A stretch of 60,380 bases of DNA, filler included, from Basidiobolus ranarum (GCA_040143965.1; 9 parts of 9 records of this genome joined end to end with filler, not necessarily neighbours in it); one strand, 5' to 3'; positions 26,369 through 39,340 are shown, numbered from the whole stretch's first letter. The notes: generated by a model not told the origin, from the letters alone. Numbers and translations are program-made.

Positions 26369-26816
26369 TCAATGGCGTGATCTTCTTTCAAGAGGTTTTA
26401 AATCCTGCCGTAGGTTATCTCGTCTTGAAAACGTTTTTCCGCACTCTTCATACGGACACTCAAATGGCTTCTCTAAAGTGTGTGTACGCAAATGCCGTTT
26501 GAGATGTTCTAGACGTTTAAATCTCATTTGACAATTAGGAAATTGACAGTAGTGGTATTTTATTGGAGTTGGTGACTTAATTGACCACCTATGCTGAATG
26601 TATGGCTTGGCCTGCTTCAAACGTCGTCGTGAACATCTTTGGCACTCTGTAGATTGAGGAGTTTGCTGAATTGCTGGGGCGGAATTTGTGTTGTAGTCTG
26701 TATCACCCTGGAATACTCCATCAAACGTGATTTGTATTGGCGATGAGTCAGAATTAGTACAATCGTCACAGCTTGTACGCGAGGAGTGTACGTTAGAATT
26801 GGTTTCTTCATCCTCT
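26369..26816 (-). CDS. C2H2 zinc-finger transcription factor (Ste12/Msn2-type fingers), 5' truncated
   Basis: Frame open from the contig edge. [48 protein letters not shown]; the second finger lacks both His ligands. Confidence 0.85.
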
Positions 26817-26916
26817 NNNNNNNNNNNNNNNNNNNNNNNNNNNNNNNNNNNNNNNNNNNNTTAATTAATTAANNNNNNNNNNNNNNNNNNNNNNNNNNNN
26901 NNNNNNNNNNNNNNNN
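26817..26916. other. Artificial contig linker
   Basis: N44-TTAATTAATTAA-N44. Confidence 0.99.
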
Positions 26917-28790
26917 CCAGACTACTATATCAATGAGTCCCAAACTTGGGCCTATGCCCGCACAGCTCACATACATGAACCCTAGACTGTAAAAGAGGCC
27001 CCAAATGGCCCTTATACAAAATTATGGAGCTCCACAATGGCTTATGAGTACCAGGCTTTGATTGATAATCAAACGTGGATCTTAACCAACTTACCTGTTA
27101 ATATAAAATCAATTGGCTGCCAGTTGGTGTTTAAAGTTAAATATAACTCTGCTGGCAATATACAAATGTACAAGGCTAGACTAGTAGCCAAAGACTATTC
27201 CAAAACACCAGCAATAGATTATATAGAAACTTACCCCTGTAGCAAAGTTTAATTGCTTTAGATTGATTTTAGCAATATTAGCTAAATATCAGTTTATTAT
27301 ATAGCAAATAGATGTTAGAGCAGCTTTTTTGAATGGTGAGCTTGCTCAGAAGATCTATATAGACAAGCCAGACTGATATGTAGACCCAGAAAACCCTAAC
27401 AAGATTTGAAGACTCTGGAAAACACTATGGCTCAAAACAATTGCCAAGAGCTTGGAATAGCCACATTGGTGCTTTTTGGAAACACTCAAATTCCACAAGA
27501 GTAGTTCTTACTATAAAATCTACTTCAGGCCAGATAATGCAAACCAAGTTTTATTAGCCTTATATGTGTTGAACTTATTATAGCAACAAATGACTTGAAG
27601 ACTTTAGAGAAAACTAAATCCAGCTTATCTGCCATAATTCAAAATGGCTGATCTTAGTCAACTGACATACTATCTTGGAAATCAAATTAAGATAGATAGA
27701 GCTACCAAAACAAAAACTTTAAACCAGGCTTAGTATCTCCTAGATATACTCAAGAAGTTTAAAATGGAAAAATGTAATACAGTATCAACCCCAATGGAGA
27801 TGGATCTTCCCTTGACCAAAAGTGGCTCAATTCAGATCTTTTTGGATTCAGATGAAAGCCATATATTTCTTTATTAGTCTATGTATTTTTGTGTGGTGAA
27901 TATCATGCTTGAACCATGTTCAGATACTGCATATTCTGTGGGAGTTTTGTGCCAATATCTTCAAAATTCTGGATCTGAACATATCATAGCAACTAAGCAG
28001 ATTTGCAGATATTTCAAATGAACTGTGGATCTGTGCATAAAATACACATATTCTGGATTAAACTTTGATCCAATGCAATAGCCAGTTGCAAATTGGGGAA
28101 GAGATATCAAAGTCAGGAGATCTATAGCAGGATACTTATTTCTTTTCTTTAATGGAGCTTTGTCTTCAGGTTCAAAAAACCAACCTACCATAGCACTTTC
28201 AACAAAAGAAGCCAAATACATGTCTGCCTGTGAAGAAACAAAAGAAGCAAAAGGGTTATGAAAACTCTTAACAGATTTTGGTTATTCTCAATATTCACCA
28301 ACTATAACATTTTGAGATAATCATGGTTGTATCCAATTAGTTTAAAAATCCCATGTTTCATGATGGAAGCAAACATATAGATATTAGACATCACTTCATT
28401 AGAGAGACTATAGAGAATAAGTTTATTGACTTAACTTATTGCTCAGCAGAAAACATGATTGCTGATCTATTGACTAAATCATTAGCTAGACAGAAATTTG
28501 AGAAATTTAGACCTTTATTAGGATTAGTTTAAATAACTATATAGTTGAGGGAGAGTGTTGAAATTAGCATTGCCTACCTACCTATTTAGCCATATATAGC
28601 TTAGTACTTGGTTGGCTTATATTTCACTATAATATTATCCATTATTCCCAATTTGAATTTACACAGAGTATTTCAACCAACTTAAGAGTTCTCAGATATA
28701 AAAACTTTTAAAACTTAAGATAGAGGCCCCAATTTTTGCATACATGCTCCTGAGACCTTGGTTGACAAATTCTGCATGTTAGTCTGTTTA
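26917..28790 (+). mobile_element. Degenerate Ty1/copia 3' half (RT-RNase H, PPT, family A 3' LTR)
   Basis: YKARLVAKDY, DVRAAFLNGEL, IALSTKEAKY, SKHIDIRHHFIRE and MIADLLTKSL. PPT TTGAGGGAGAG precedes the LTR start TGTTGAAATTAGC at 28556. Confidence 0.92.
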
Positions 28791-28799
28791 CATTCCTAT

Positions 28800-30055
28800 C
28801 CTGGCACACTCCAAATTATGCAAACTACACATTGTTGAAACTTGTGTATCTGACTTTGCTCTAGGAGCATTACTATCACAGTATGGTGGTGACAACCTGC
28901 TGCATCCTGTTGCCTTTTACTCAACAATGTTCCCTGGAGCTGAAATTAACTAGGACATCTGTAAAAAGGAGTTATTGACAATTATTGCTGCAATTGATCA
29001 ATGGCAACAACATTTGGATGGAGCAAATTACACAATTATAGTCTATTGCGATCAAAAGAATCTTCAGTTGTTTGGTAAAGCCAAAGTTCTCAACTGACAT
29101 CAAGCAAGATGGTTATTATTTCTTGCCAATTTGATTTTGTCATTACATATCAACCAGGTAGCCAGCCAGGAAACACTGAAGCCTTATCACATCCAGCAGA
29201 ATAACAGCCCAACAAAGGGGATGATAGCTTTGGCCCACAAAATACTCCCCTACTGATGCCCCACCAACTTTGAATTAGTTCAACTGCTCTTTCACTGCCT
29301 AGTTCAAGCACATTCCATGAATACCTTCACAAACTTCAGTCACAAGACACATGAGTAATATGAGTCAAGAAAGCCCAGACTACACCCAAAGGCCTCTGAA
29401 ACTTGTACATGTACTGCTGTTTCTCCATCATCAATGATTTCTTGCTTTATAAGAGGCACCTTTACATTCCAGACCACACTGCCAGACTTAAAATCATGCT
29501 GGACATTCATGACTCACCATTTGCAGGACATTTTAGTATTGCCCAATCATATATGTTGGCATCCAGGAATTACAGGTTGCCCAAAATGTTGGCATTTGTC
29601 TAGAGTTGTGTTTCCACCTGCAATACTTGTGCTTGAGTGAAGACTTCAAGACATCAGCCCTATGGCCTCCTACAACCACTTCTGATCCCTAGTCAGCAGT
29701 GAAATTTCATATTGCTGGATTTCATCATTTACACACCCTTGTCTGCAAAATGTGAATCATTTCTGGAAACTGTTGACTATATAACAAAAATGGCCTACTT
29801 TGTGCCCTGCAACAAGTCAATTGCTGCAAAACAAATTGCAGAATTGGTAACTCAAGATATCTTCCACCTACATGGACTCCTTGAAACTATCATCTCTGAC
29901 CAAGGATCCCAGTTTTTTCCAAATTCTGGAAAAGTCCTCTCTAAACCTGTGGTGTCTCTGCAAATTTTGCTACTGTCTTCCATCCCCTATCTGATGGTTA
30001 AACAGAATGAGTCAACCAAGTTTTGGAACAATATTTACAATGCACTTTCAGGCAT
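28800..30055 (+). mobile_element. Degenerate Ty3/gypsy pol fragment (RNase H and integrase)
   Basis: IVETCVSDFALGALLSQ..LHPVAFYS, KELLTII, LN*HQARW, HDSPFAGHF, YGLLQPL and HGLLETIISDQGSQF. Confidence 0.92.
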
Positions 30056-30276
30056 ATGGCTCAGAGGTTAATACTGATTGGATAATGATCATGTAATTGG
30101 TCATATGATTCCATGGAAGAGATAAGAGAATCAATAGTTAGTCATGTGATTAGTCACTTCATAGGTGACTGGATAAGGTCAGGAGACTAGTTAGCAAAGA
30201 TGATAAACGGAACAGATATTTGCACAAGTTGTATAGATATGGTGAAAGTTAAGCAACTTTGCAGGTTGGTGCACAA

Positions 30277-30725
30277 CAGTGGCACAATATTGCATGGTAT
30301 CCACCAGATAGTTGGAAGAATGTTGATTCAGCAACATTAATACAATGTTAGGCTTTGCTGGAGAAATTGATGCAAAGTTGTGTTGGATAGGAGTTAAACC
30401 TAGGGTATGTTGAACTCAATAAGAATATTCAGGAGAATATATCAAAGAAACTAGGGATTTCAAATATGACAAATTAGCATTCAAGTGATAAATTGAAGTC
30501 ATATTTTTTGAACATGTGTTGATCCATTGTTCTCTGAGAATGTACCCAATCATGTGCAACTATTTTGCAAGATCTTGAAATTTCACTCCTGAAACTGAAA
30601 AATTTGAAAAAATTGATTAAAATCAAATCTAACTTGATGATTTTATGATGGTAAGTAAATGGTCAATCCAAAATAGAGTAAAGTTCTGATGTTTTCCTAT
30701 CATAACAATCCTCAAATTTCTGTCA
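30277..30725 (+). repeat. Unclassified interspersed repeat, copy 3
   Basis: Reverse-complement match to 11610-12060, with the same decayed frame QWHNIAWYPPDSWKNVDSATLIQ. Confidence 0.8.
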
Positions 30726-30729
30726 GGGT

Positions 30730-33536
30730 GTCTATTTATTTTCATTACTGTTAATACTCAGAAACATGGTACATTGATTTAGGAGATTCCAGCATGTGTC
30801 AAAAAGAAAATCAGTTTTCCAGCTTAAAACCAATCCAAACAAGAAAAATGCACTTAGGTGATGACTATACACTAGATGCAGCTGGTAAGGGCACAGATGT
30901 GCTTAATTTTGAGCAAAACTCAGCTACACCATCTGCAAAATTGGCTGATGTACTCTAGGTTCCAATTATAGCTGAAATTCTACTCTCAGTGAGTCAAGCA
31001 ACAACTCAAGGACTAAATTTAGTGTTTAGCATGGCTGGATAACAAAATCTAAAGCCTGTACTACATTCAAGCACTACAAAGCACTGGTAGAAAATGAATC
31101 AGCACAAAAAACAAAGATACTAAGGAGTGATAGTGGTGAAGAAAACTTCCCTAAAGACTTCAATAGTTTTTGTTTTAAACATGGAATTAAGCAACAAACT
31201 GCTGAACCTTATACTCCATAGCAGAATGGAGTTCCAGAATGTACTAATAGCTCCATAGTGGAGATGGCAAGAACAATGTTACATGATCAAAAGTTAGATT
31301 ACTAATATTGGGCTGAATACATCTCCACCGCAGTCTAAATTAAAAACATATGACCAAGAAGATTGCTACAAAATTCTACTCCATTTGAAGCCCTATATGG
31401 ATCACAACCAAGTGTTAATTATCTCAGGATCTTTGTTTGCACAGCATATGCCTAACGCTAGCTCAGAAATGCTTTAAATTGGATCCCAAAAGCAGAAAAT
31501 GCATATTTCTTGGATACTGTGATGGATCTAAGGCCTATAGACTGATTTATACCAAATATCAGCAGTTAATTATGTGCAGAGATGTAACTTTTGATAAAGC
31601 AGCAAATCTTTCACCTCCAATCACACTTTCTGATCCAGAACAATCAGCACTATTCAGGAACTGTCTGACAAAATTCCAGCTGTCTCTGAGCCCTATTTAA
31701 CCAGAATTCCAGTCCCAATTACATCAGAGGATGATCAGGGTGCAGAAGATCATCCAGAAGGAGATATAAGCCAGGAAACTGGTGGAACACTTCCAATCAT
31801 GATATATATACTTATGCAGCATTCTGTGACAAGCCACAGACTCTGGACCAAGCAGTGGAATGTCCAGATCAAAATAGGGGAAATAGCAATATGTGATGAG
31901 TTTTCATCACTTCAGGACAACAAAAAGAGGGTTTTAAGCCCTTTGCCATCAGGGAGAAAGCTAATTGGTTTCAAATGGGTCTACAAAGTCAAAAACCAAG
32001 CTGCTGGAACCATAGAATAGTACAAAACAAGATTAGTTGCAAAAGGTTATTCTCAAACACCAGGAGTTGATTTTAATGAAACATTTGCTCCAGTAGCTAA
32101 GTTTAGCACCATTTGATCACTCCTGGCACTCTGAGCCAGCCATAACCTTGTTATTCATCAAATGGATTTAAAAACAGCCTTCACAAATGGAAATCTAGAA
32201 GAAGAGATCTATATGGAGCAACCAGATAGATTTGGTGACCCAAAACATCCTGATATGGTCTGTAAACTGTTAGAATTGATATATGGACTCAAGCAAGCAC
32301 CCAGGGCATAGTAAAACAAGATAGATTCCTATTTGTAATCAATGTAGTTCAAAAAATGCACAGCTGATCACAGTATTTTTATCAATACAACCAGAAATAG
32401 GATCCTGATCTTGGCACTATATGTGGACAACTTAATCATGGCTACAAATGATCTAGAAGCACTTAGTCAGATAAAGAGCAGCTTATCAAACCTTATTCAG
32501 ATGACTGATATGGGTGAACTAAGTTATTTTCTAGGAATCCTAATCCAGAGAGACAAGCCCAATCAGAAACTCATGCTGAATTGGACTAGATACATCCTAG
32601 ACATCCTAAAATGCTTCAACACGGTGAATAGCAAGCCTGTATCAACACCAATGGATTTAAATGTGAAATCAATGAAAATTTCATCCAATTTGGCCCAAAA
32701 TGACTCAAATCAATGCCAGGAGTTCCCTTGTCATTCTATGGTGGGTATTTTAATGTATGCAATGTTTGGAACATGTCTAGACATAGCTGTGGCAGTGGGA
32801 ACTGTCAGCCAATATCTCCAAAATTCAGGATTTGAGCACAAAACTGCAGTAAAACAAATATTCAGGTATTTCAGAGGAACTGTAGATCTAGTTCTGAGAT
32901 ATTCTGCCACTTGTGATGTATGTTATTTTGAAGGCTACAGTGATGCAAACTGTGGAAGAAACCTTGAAGATAGAAGAGCAACAACTGGGTACACTTTTCT
33001 CTATGGTAATGGAACCATGACTTGAAAAGTAAGAAGCATCCAACTATAGCACTTTACACTACAGAAGCAGAGTATATGGCTACCTCTACTACTACACAAG
33101 AAGCTATGTGGTTAAGGAAGTTATTCATAGACTTGGGATGCTTGCAATAATGTGCTATTACTGTATTTGAAGATAATCAAAGTTTTATTTCATTAGCTAA
33201 AAACCGTACATTTCATGCCAGAATAAATCATGAAGATATTGGGCATCATTTTGTTAGAGGCAATAGAGAATGATATAATAGAACTTGTCTGTTGCCATAC
33301 TGAAAAATGATAAGTGACATCTTAACCAAACCTTTAGCTAAAGCATAATTTGAATTATTAAGATATAAGTTAGGTTTAAGAGAAATAGAAAATAATTACT
33401 TGAGTGGGAATGTTGAAATTAGGTAAATAGCAACTTAATGTTTTGAAGTTACTTTATTCATGATCTGACTATCAGTACTCAATTCTTTCATTCAAAAACA
33501 TGTGTTTATTACTCTAATTGATAGAAATATTGATTA
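30730..33536 (+). mobile_element. Degenerate Ty1/copia pol (PR-IN-RT-RH) with PPT and family B 3' LTR
   Basis: WYIDLG (protease), [39 protein letters not shown] and SDILTKPL. PPT TTGAGTGGGAA precedes LTR TGTTGAAATT at 33411, which matches 7911. Confidence 0.93.
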
Positions 33537-33636
33537 NNNNNNNNNNNNNNNNNNNNNNNNNNNNNNNNNNNNNNNNNNNNTTAATTAATTAANNNNNNNN
33601 NNNNNNNNNNNNNNNNNNNNNNNNNNNNNNNNNNNN
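33537..33636. other. Artificial contig linker
   Basis: N44-TTAATTAATTAA-N44. Confidence 0.99.
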
Positions 33637-33960
33637 TTAGGACAAATCATGTTAAAGGCACTTTGTTCGTTTTTAACTTGGAGTAAAACTTTGGTTTCAG
33701 AGAGTTTTGCATTGATTTCTTCTCCTAACTTAGTGTCCCAAAGTCCTTTTTCTTGCAGCAGCATTTTAATTTTAATTTTCCAAACTTTATAATTGGTTCC
33801 ATCCAATTTCTCAGAAGAGGGAAGAGTTCCAAAAATTTGAGAAGTAGACATTACAGAGAGTGCAAGCTTGGGGCTCATAACCTGTTAAAGTATTTTGGAG
33901 CCTGTTGGGAGTGGTTTGGAGAATTAGAGAAATTGGTGGTTTTCACTTATTGATGATTGT
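33637..33960 (-). mobile_element. Ty1/copia 5' end (partial family A LTR, PBS, gag start)
   Basis: LTR end TTTAACA, PBS GGTTATGAGCCC (33871-33882), then gag KLDGTNYKVWKIKIKMLLQEKGLWD. Confidence 0.9.
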
Positions 33961-34571
33961 TATGAGAAGAGTTTTGAAGAAGCTTTCTAATATCTTGAGA
34001 GGAGGTTAATGATTTAATGTGCTATTAATACATTTATATATATATATAGTGAGAGAAATCTCTTGACTGAGTATCATATAGGTATATTCACCTTGTATAC
34101 TTTTATTAAACTTCATAGGATTGAATTACCTTCTACTAATTGGTATTGCATAATAAATCTTTTATCCTGATATGATTTTACACACGACTAGTGATTAATC
34201 TAAATTGCTTCATGATTGAAATCTAGGATAAAAGAATATAATAACATTAATTATATTCAGGAAATCAAGATGATCTTTGATTTAATACCAGAATCTCATC
34301 AAGATATATAGATATCGATTAAGCAAAAGTACTGATCGGAGTATGTCGGGTAAAGGGAATTTTGAAACTACAGATTGAATAATTCATCTAATCATGATAT
34401 AAACATCCTTGCAAAGAGAAAGTGAGCCAACATCCAATCTAGTGTGACAATAGGGTAAAGATTTGGGATTAGATGGGAGTATTGAAGCTACTATTAAACT
34501 GATAAAAAGTTCTCACAAATCTATCCACTGACTTTGGCTTTCGCTCTTCATTAACTTGATTCTAATACACA

Positions 34572-35027
34572 ATGTCTCTTCGTCTTCTATCTTCCTCTCT
34601 CCTTCGCAATTATACCACCTCTCTTAGAGCTTCTGCTTCTCAGACTGCTTATTACTCCACCATTAAGAAGTACACCGAGGATCATGAATGGGTCACTGTT
34701 GTTGATGGTGTTGGAACCGTCGGTATCACTGATTATGCTCAAAAAGCATTAGGTGATGTGGTGTTCGTTGAATGCCCCGAGGTTGGTTCTTCTGTTGAAA
34801 CCATGGCACAAATTGGTGCAGTTGAATCAGTAAAAGCAGCATCCGATATTTTTGCACCACTTGCTGGAGAAATCGTCGACTCGAATACCGCATTGGAATC
34901 CGAACCAGGTCTCATTAATTCCTCTCCTGAAGATAAGGGTTGGCTTTGCAAGATTAAACTTGCCGATATCTCGGAATTCGATTCTTTAATGGATGAAGAA
35001 GCTTATAAAGCTCATTGTGAACATTAA
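34572..35027 (+). CDS. GCV3: Glycine cleavage system H protein, mitochondrial
   Basis: Arg/Ser/Leu-rich presequence; YTEDHEW, VGITDYAQKALGDVVFVE and the lipoyl-Lys motif VESVKAASD. Confidence 0.97.
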   Translation: MSLRLLSSSLLRNYTTSLRASASQTAYYSTIKKYTEDHEWVTVVDGVGTVGITDYAQKALGDVVFVECPEVGSSVETMAQIGAVESVKAASDIFAPLAGEIVDSNTALESEPGLINSSPEDKGWLCKIKLADISEFDSLMDEEAYKAHCEH

Positions 35028-35507
35028 GCTCAGTTAGATTTAATCGGGACATTTGTTGACTACATGTCATTTCATGCATCATACACCATTCACTATTACT
35101 CTTTAAAATAAACTTGGTTCAGAACTCTTCAATGATTCACTTTCCTCGTGGTTATTACAGGTGAATATTCTTAAATATTAATGTGTTGTTCTCTCTCGCT
35201 TTTCGCTAACTTGGTCCATTGTCCTTGGCAATTAAGTTGGCAAACTAATCAATTTAGCGATATCTCTCCAAAATTCTACCAAGTCATACCCGATTTATTA
35301 TTTCCTAGTAACCAATGATACTGATTTCTAAGGATTTTAAGATATTTGTCAAAGCGATTTTATTACATGGGGCGAGAACAGTAGAAGTGATGGTCACAGA
35401 GTAAATAAGTGCATAAGAATTCAATATTATTTATGTATATTCAATTGTATAGAATGGAATTTTCTCTTCAAGAAGAGAAGGATGAGAAGATATATACTTG
35501 AAAACGT

Positions 35508-38035
35508 TTACAGATCACCTAGGTTTTTGAGTAAGGTAGTAACATCGCGAACACCATCAAGATAATACTGAGCATCGGTTTGTTTCTTACCAACAGTAGC
35601 AGTGATTGTGTCGTGCGACATTTCATTCAGCACATTGAATACAACTTCATCAGTTTTGCCGTCACCAACACAGAGAATGAAATCTGTTTCACTGGGATTT
35701 AAATCTCGAATAATAGCTTTAACTGCGGTGGCTTTATCTACGGAGGAAGGACGGAGTTCCAGGGTTTTGTTGCCTAGAACAATAGCTAAGGCCATATGAC
35801 TAAGTAATTTCTCCAAGTTAATTTGAAGTTCACTTGCTTGCCAGCTACCGAATTCTGGGTCTGCATTTCTATAATGCCAAGTAAGATTAATTTCTTTCTC
35901 TTCAATAAAGGATCCGGGGGTTCTTTCAGTGTAGTGTTGGAATAAAGGGCGAATGGTGTCACGCCAAGTAGGATCAACCTGTTCAACAAGACGGAACCAT
36001 CCATTGTTTTCTGGTTTGACAAGTCTTCCTTTTTCTATCTCGTTAGTTTGGTTGGGATCGAAATCCTTAAGTCTAAGTGGATGCTTATAGAAGCATCCAT
36101 GTTCAGCAGAAAGCCCGACACCAGTATCTTGGAACCAAGTATCTAGATGACCACGAGCACGTCCTGAAAGAATATAAACATAGGTATCTGGCTTTGCAGC
36201 TAGATCTTTGAGTCCTTTTATGACCTCAGGGGAAGGCTTTGCAAATTCAGGAAGTCGATGAGTTGCTGTTAGAGTGCCATCGTAATCCAATAGAATCAGT
36301 TTCTTCTTTTGGGATTTCTTATACCGTTCTATAATATGTTGATTATCAAGCTTAGGAAGAGACATATGATGATCAAACTGTTCGCTGATTCTCCTGAGCT
36401 CGTTTACATAGCTAAGTCCCCAATAAGCCGCGGTATATTTGGTTACGTAACGATAAAGTTTCTGGTGGTTTGACTTACGAAGATCATCTGGCATAGTAAC
36501 TGCATCATACATGGATTGGGCCAACTCTTCAGTATTCCAAGGGTTTACAATAATAGATCCATTTAAAGACTGAGCAGCACCAGCAAATTCACTAAGAACG
36601 AGAACTCCATTCTTTTCCTGCTGGCAGGAAATATATTCGTAAGACACCAAGTTCATACCGTCACGAGTGGAAGAAACGATACAAGTGTCGGCGACAGAAT
36701 ACAAAGAAACGAGTTCATCGAATGTAACCGATTTATGCAAAAAATGGATAGGCGTGTATTCAACAGTACCAAATTTACCATTGATACGACCGACAAGCTC
36801 GTTAACAGTACTTTGTAATAACTGGTATTCTTCTACATCACCACGAGACGGGACAGCTACTTGAACTAAAACTACCTTTCCAATGAATTCGGGGTGATTG
36901 TTCAAAAATACCTCAAAGGCGTGCATCTTTTGAGGGACTCCCTTGATATAGTCCAATCTATCAACACCAACGAGAATCTTAACTCCATCAAATTTTTGCT
37001 TTAAAAATGCAATTCTATCTTGGATTTTCTGAGTTTTTAGACCTTCTGTGAACTTTTCAGGATCGATTCCGATGGGGAAGGTGCCGACATGAACTAGCTT
37101 CCCTTCGTATTCAACTCCATTGGGTACAGTAGATAAGCCCAGAATTCGTGTACAAGAGGATAAGAAATGGCGTGCATAATCATAAGTGTGAAAACCAAGC
37201 AAATCTGCGCTAAGAACTCCTAGGAGAATCTCTTTTCGAACCGGTAGAATTCTACGAATCACAAGGTTAGTTAAAATCTAATGTTAACAGAATATAGCAT
37301 AAAAAGTAAGTATCACTTACCTATAGATCTCACTACTAGGGAAAGGAGTATGTAAAAACCATCCGATCTTCACGTTGCTCTTGGTTTGAATTTTTTCTCT
37401 CAACATCTGAGGTAAGAGCATAAGATGATAATCCTGAACCCATACGAGGTCATTATCTTCCACTATCTCATTGATAGCATCAGCAAAACAAGCGTTCGCT
37501 GTTTGGTAAGCCTCCCAATCTTCATCATTGAAGGAAATTTCTCCAGGATGATAATGGAAGAGTGGCCAAAGAATACTAGTAGGCAAAAGGTTAGCTTACT
37601 TGAATGGATAAGAGCACCTCTGAACTTCTCAATTTACCTGTTAGAAAACCCGTTGTAGTGCTTATCAGCAGTTTCATCATCTAGGAACACTGGAAGACAG
37701 GAATATTCTTCTAGAAGTTTCTTGCGTACTTCTTCACGATCTTCTTCAGGGATATCAATACCTGAAATACATACCAACAAGTAAGTAAACTCTCCGAATT
37801 GTCTTTCAATGCTACGATAGAATATATGAATATATTAATCCAACATACCAGGCCAGCCAATCCATGTGAAAGTCATCATTTTTTTAAGTCCACTTAAGGC
37901 AGAAACCAAGCCACCGGAGCTCATTTTGAACTGATAACCATTTTCATCTTTGGAGATAGTGACAGGCAAACGATTCGAAACCACAAGTAGACGTAAGTTG
38001 GTATCGGTATTTTTTGAAGTTGATTCGGTTGACAT
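35508..38035 (-). CDS. TPS1: Trehalose-6-phosphate synthase fused to trehalose-6-phosphate phosphatase (GT20 + HAD); 4 exons
   Basis: Exons 38035-37849, 37761-37638, 37575-37321 and 37251-35508. TPS motifs SNRLP, SSGGLV, QDYHL, FLHTPFP, VDRLDYIKG, DGMNLVSYEY; TPP motifs DYDGTL, SGR, GDGKTDE. Confidence 0.95.
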
Positions 38036-38169
38036 CTTTGTGAGTGGATAATGAAATAGAATTAACGAAAAAGTGTATGTGGCAGTAAAAAGCTATTACT
38101 AAAAGAAAGTGAAGAAATGAGTAGGGTGAAGACGGAGATCTTGAGTGTATTTGTAAATACTTTCAGGTA

Positions 38170-38691
38170 TACGTCAACCTTATATATTTTTTTGTATCAT
38201 CAGCCACCAAAGATGATTCTTCAAGATACGATCGACGAGTAGGATCTAAATATTCCAAATATGTAAACTAACTAAATGATCGAGATTTTGGTATTCACAA
38301 TTATTTAATTTCAAAAGGAACTCTGGAGATATGCCAGATTAACTGATAATGCTCTTCAAACGGTATTTTCTGGAACAAACCGGAGTAATCTCTGAGTGTA
38401 TAAACCATCAATGCTATGTATAAAATATCAATGCTACACCCTTCCAAGCGATCTAACATACGATGCTCAACGACGTAGCTGTTGGTGAAACGTGCAGTAA
38501 CCTTATGTAGAGCTATCGAATGACGTAACCCACTATGTCTCTCAGAGTGACGTCCTTGTGGAATGCTAGACAAGTCCGACTTCAAGGAAAAGTTAGTACG
38601 TATGTGCTATTTACGAATAGAATTTTCAAATTGGGTAGTTTTCTTAGCAGCATATATTAAAAGTGCAGAAAAGTATCGGTAAGTGACGTAA
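38170..38691. promoter_or_regulatory. Cluster of CRE/ATF-like TGACGT sites upstream of the TPS gene
   Basis: TACGTCA at 38170, ATGACGTAA at 38520, TGACGTC at 38548 and TGACGTAA at 38684. Confidence 0.5.
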
Positions 38692-39340
38692 GTAATATAT
38701 TTGCGGTTCTTTCATGCCTAATCAAGCAGACAGGATTAGGTATTGAATTAGGGACCATATTTAATTTCTTTTCATTACCACATCGATCCCAAAAAGCAAT
38801 GACGATGCACTACTACAAAACAATTGACAGATAACCTACTCCATGATAGAGGTGGGGAGATAAGAACAACCATTGTAGCATAGATTGGTGAATCCTCTTG
38901 CGATCACTGCACTCCACTAAGCCAGTGACTATGAATCACGCCATTGTCTATTCCGGAGTCGCTCTGCAACCTAAGCATTATCGATCAGAGAGGAGTAGCA
39001 TTCATTTTAACTCTCGCTATATCTAATATATATCCTACTTAATCTATCACCACTGTGATTGGAATTAGGTTCGAACAGGTAGAACGACAATGGCAAATAC
39101 AACAGGCAGTTGGATTGCAGACTATATGCTCTTTACTGCAAAGATCGATTCAAAAGAGCTCAGAAACTCAGGATTTTATTTGGAGATTTTGGAGGTTTCA
39201 AACAGATATCAATAAACAGCTTTGTACAGTGAAAATAAAGATCCGATGACTGGTGATAACTAATAATTGAAAATTAAAGGACAAATGTAAAATCATCTAT
39301 TAATGTATATTCCACCAGATGGGAAGGAGTTCAGCTCAGA

